From assembly GCF_037625555.1 (NCBI RefSeq), contig NZ_JASJHV010000140.1:982-64981 (forward strand): 64,000 nt of DNA, given 5' to 3'. The translations under genes and the position numbers were made by a program. Position 1 is the first letter of the stretch. Every line of letters begins with the position of its first letter. The DNA comes from Lacinutrix sp. Lineage in GTDB: Bacteria; Bacteroidota; Bacteroidia; Flavobacteriales; Flavobacteriaceae. A model generated the notes under the pieces. That model had not been told where the DNA came from, made no database searches, and worked only from the letters and a program-made list of their open reading frames with translations. Shown one piece after another: positions 61,109-64,000 of this stretch.

Positions 61109-62344
61109 TTGAATTTATTGTACTCATTTGGAATTTACATTGCCAGTTTTATATTAAAAATTGTTGCCCTTTTTAACACCAAAATAAAACTAGGTGTAAT
61201 AGGTCGTGAAGAAACTTTTAAAAAATTAAAAGCTACCATTAAAGCAAAAGACAAAACCTTGTGGTTTCATTGTGCGTCTTTAGGAGAATATGAGCAAGGC
61301 TTACCTGTTTTTACTGAATTAAGGAAAGATTATCCAAACCATAAAATTGTATTATCCTTTTTCTCTCCTTCTGGTTATGAAATAAGAAAAAATGCACCTT
61401 TTGCAGATATTGTTGTTTACATTCCTTTAGACACAAAAACAAATGCTAAACGTTTTATAGATAGTATTAATCCTGAGTTAACCGTTTTTGTTAAATATGA
61501 AATATGGCCTAATATTTTAAATGAATTAAAAAAAAGACAGTTAAAGGCTGTATTAATTTCAGCTGTATTTAGGGAGAATCAGTCTTTTTTTAAATGGTAT
61601 GGAAAACACACAAAATCTGCTCTATTTGCCTTCGAACATATTTTTACTCAAAACAAAGCATCAAAATTGCTTTTAGAAAAAATAGGATATAATAATGCAT
61701 CTGTTTCTGGTGATACTAGGTTTGATCGTGTTTCTAACCAATTATCACAAAACAACACTTTAGAATTTGTATCAGAATTTAAAGGAGATAATTTGTGTGT
61801 AGTAATAGGTAGTTCTTGGCCTGAGGATGAAAAACTAATTGTAAACTACATTAACACATTAGCTGATAAAGCTACAAAATTTATTATTGCACCACATAAT
61901 ATAAAGAAAAACCAGATTGAAGCTTTAAAAAGAAGCATATCAAGTTCTAGTTTACTTTTCTCTGAAAAAGAATCTAAAAATATTTCTAATTATAATGTAC
62001 TAATATTAGACACTATTGGTCTACTTACAAAAGTTTATAATTATGCAGATATTGCATACGTAGGTGGAGCTTTAGGTATTACTGGACTGCATAACACTCT
62101 AGAAGCTGCGGTATTTGGTGTACCAATAATAATAGGTAATAATCATGAAAAATTTCAAGAGGCACAAGCAATGATTAATAATAAAGGAATGTTATCTATT
62201 TCTAGTCAAGAAGAACTAAACACTGCGCTCAACCAATTTATAGAAAATAAAGAAAAAAGGATAGAATATGGTTTAAATAATTACAATTATATTACTAAAA
62301 ACAAAGGAGCTGTAGTTCAGATACTTAAGTTTTTACACATTTAA
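61109..62344 (+). CDS. waaA: Kdo transferase
   Basis: WFHCASLGE, SFFSPSG, GDTRFD, HNTLEAA. Confidence 0.92.
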   Translation: MNLLYSFGIYIASFILKIVALFNTKIKLGVIGREETFKKLKATIKAKDKTLWFHCASLGEYEQGLPVFTELRKDYPNHKIVLSFFSPSGYEIRKNAPFADIVVYIPLDTKTNAKRFIDSINPELTVFVKYEIWPNILNELKKRQLKAVLISAVFRENQSFFKWYGKHTKSALFAFEHIFTQNKASKLLLEKIGYNNASVSGDTRFDRVSNQLSQNNTLEFVSEFKGDNLCVVIGSSWPEDEKLIVNYINTLADKATKFIIAPHNIKKNQIEALKRSISSSSLLFSEKESKNISNYNVLILDTIGLLTKVYNYADIAYVGGALGITGLHNTLEAAVFGVPIIIGNNHEKFQEAQAMINNKGMLSISSQEELNTALNQFIENKEKRIEYGLNNYNYITKNKGAVVQILKFLHI

Positions 62345-62458
62345 ACTAAACTATTGATGTATTATCGATATTATATTAAAAAATACTAATTGAAAATGTT
62401 AAAATTAGTAATCAAAATAGTATTTTCGCATTACGAATTAATTTAAACACTAAAACCA

Positions 62459-62782
62459 ATGAAAAAATTATTATTTAGCGCAGCTTTATTATTAGTATTA
62501 AGCGCAACGTTTACTTCTTGTAGAGAAGTTCAAGAAGGAGCAGAAAATGCAGGAGATGCTGTAGAAAATGCAGGAGATGCTGTTGGCGAAGCTGCTAACA
62601 ATGCAGTTGATGCTGCTGGAAATGCTGTAGATGCAGCAGGAAACGCTGTTGAAGCGACTGGAGATGCAATTAAAGAAGCTGCTGATAAAGTAGAAGATAG
62701 TGCTAAAAAAGCAGTTGACGCAACTAAAGACGGTGTTAACGATGCAAAAAGCGCATTAAAAAAAGGTTTAGATAAACTATAA
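62459..62782 (+). CDS. Small lipoprotein with 7-aa Ala-rich repeats
   Basis: Lipobox FTSC; G(D/N)AV(E/D)(N/A)A repeats. Confidence 0.8.
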   Translation: MKKLLFSAALLLVLSATFTSCREVQEGAENAGDAVENAGDAVGEAANNAVDAAGNAVDAAGNAVEATGDAIKEAADKVEDSAKKAVDATKDGVNDAKSALKKGLDKL

Positions 62783-62806
62783 GTTTATACTTAAAAGTTA
62801 TTTATT

Positions 62807-62836
62807 AAAATCGTCTAAACTAGTTTAGACGATTTT
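62807..62836. terminator. Intrinsic terminator
   Basis: AAAATCGTCTAAACTAGTTTAGACGATTTT. Confidence 0.75.
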
Positions 62837-62952
62837 TTTATGCCTAATGCTTATCTTTTTTGATTTTGTTTTTTAGAATGGTAATTAGTAGTTCTATAAA
62901 ACGCATTTTAAACACAATAAGAATATTTAAGTGCAAACCTTTAGTTTTGTAC

Positions 62953-63750
62953 TTATGATAGTTTCTTTATTCCTTCAATTTTTTCAAAAGATGCAACCAT
63001 TCCTCTAATTAAAGAAGAGCTTAAACCCTGATGTTCCATTTCGTTTAAACCTTCTATAGTACAACCCTTAGGAGTTGTTACTTTGTCAATTTCTTGTTCA
63101 GGATGATTACCTGTTGTAATTAATAAATTTGCAGCACCTTCTGCAGTGTACATTGCTAATTCTTGAGCTTCCTTTGCATCGAAACCAAGCTGTATTGCAG
63201 CTTGAGTAGTTGCTCTTATTAATCGCATCCAAAAAGCTATTCCGCTAGCACAAACTACTGTAGCTGCTTGCATTTGCCTCTCTGGTATTACTAAAGTTTT
63301 CCCTAGTAAATCGAAAATTTTAATTGCAGTATTTAACTTTAATTGTGTGTTTTCGTTACTACAAATACAAGTCATAGATTTACCAACAGCAATTGCGGTG
63401 TTTGGCATTGCTCTAATTACGGCATTTTCTTTTCCTATGATAGCCTCAATTTTCTCAATCGAAAATCCGGTAATAGTAGAAATTAAGGTGTGCTTTGCTG
63501 TAATATATTGAGTATTTTTACGAAGCACAGCTGCTAAATGGTTGGGCTGAACCGCAAAAATAATAACATCTGAGTTTGTTATTGCTAAAGCATTATCACT
63601 TGTAATTGTTACTTTTTTATCAGATTTAAGACCTTCTAAAGAATTAATATGGCGCTTTGTTAGATACAAAGATGAAATACTATTACTTGACAGTAAACCT
63701 TTTGCTATTGATAACCCTAAATTACCAGCTCCTATTATTACTACTTTCAT
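62953..63750 (-). CDS. proC: Pyrroline-5-carboxylate reductase
   Basis: IGAGNLG, RAMPN, VTTPKGCTIEG. Confidence 0.95.
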   Translation of the reverse strand: MKVVIIGAGNLGLSIAKGLLSSNSISSLYLTKRHINSLEGLKSDKKVTITSDNALAITNSDVIIFAVQPNHLAAVLRKNTQYITAKHTLISTITGFSIEKIEAIIGKENAVIRAMPNTAIAVGKSMTCICSNENTQLKLNTAIKIFDLLGKTLVIPERQMQAATVVCASGIAFWMRLIRATTQAAIQLGFDAKEAQELAMYTAEGAANLLITTGNHPEQEIDKVTTPKGCTIEGLNEMEHQGLSSSLIRGMVASFEKIEGIKKLS

Positions 63751-63812
63751 TTAAAAAAATTGTTTTACGGTACAAATGTGAAAACTTCAATTTAAGTAAT
63801 TTTATATAAACA

Positions 63813-63842
63813 GAAAAGCCGAAACTTTCGTTTCGGCTTTTC
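63813..63842 (-). terminator. Terminator-like hairpin upstream of proC
   Basis: GAAAAGCCGAAAC-TTTC-GTTTCGGCTTTTC. Confidence 0.65.
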
Positions 63843-63951
63843 GTTTGTACACCCAATTGAGTTGTTTTCGAAACAAACACTCGAACTTTTAAAAAGCTTT
63901 GTATAAATTTCTTTAAAAAAATCAAACCCAAATTGAGTTTTACTATTGTAA

Positions 63952-64000
63952 TTATACTTTATTAAATGTAATAACCACAGTTACTGTTACTCCATCTTCT
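63952..64000 (-). CDS. Possible 3' end of a gene starting beyond the window
   Basis: ..EDGVTVTVVITFNKV*; only 15 codons visible. Confidence 0.3.
   Translation of the reverse strand, partial: EDGVTVTVVITFNKV

Noticed and set aside
63722-63931. 69-aa ORF upstream of proC as a leader peptide
   Set aside because: Overlaps a hairpin and the proC start, has no proline codons, and looks non-coding
1-64000. CRISPR array, IS element, prophage, rRNA or riboswitch
   Set aside because: No regularly spaced repeats, transposase, phage genes or recognisable aptamer found by eye

Overview
AT-rich chromosomal segment of a marine-type Flavobacteriaceae (Bacteroidota), judged from gene content, TAnnTTTG promoters, T9SS cargo/plug genes and a Na+-NQR operon. 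Housekeeping genes are intact: dnk, hppA, pepE, tRNA-Gly, gpmI, map, apbE, nqrA-F, apaG, pruA, pdhB, etfBA, thyA, folA, fabD, lspA, galE, waaA, proC. About a dozen accessory genes are pseudogenes or deletion remnants (nonsense codons, frameshifts, large deletions that fuse unrelated gene pieces), which points to ongoing genome erosion, apparently with many G:C>T:A changes. I saw no IS, prophage or CRISPR. Best candidates for undescribed biology: (1) an intact divergent Omp28(CXXC lipoprotein) / TlpA(CXXC) / DUF6029(Cys-pair beta-barrel) module that could be a trans-outer-membrane thiol relay; (2) a ~250-aa dockerin-like C-terminal domain shared by three separate, all-broken loci; (3) two copies of a covarying structured element resembling the Flavo-1 RNA. 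Family assignments come from motif recognition and memory; no database search was run.
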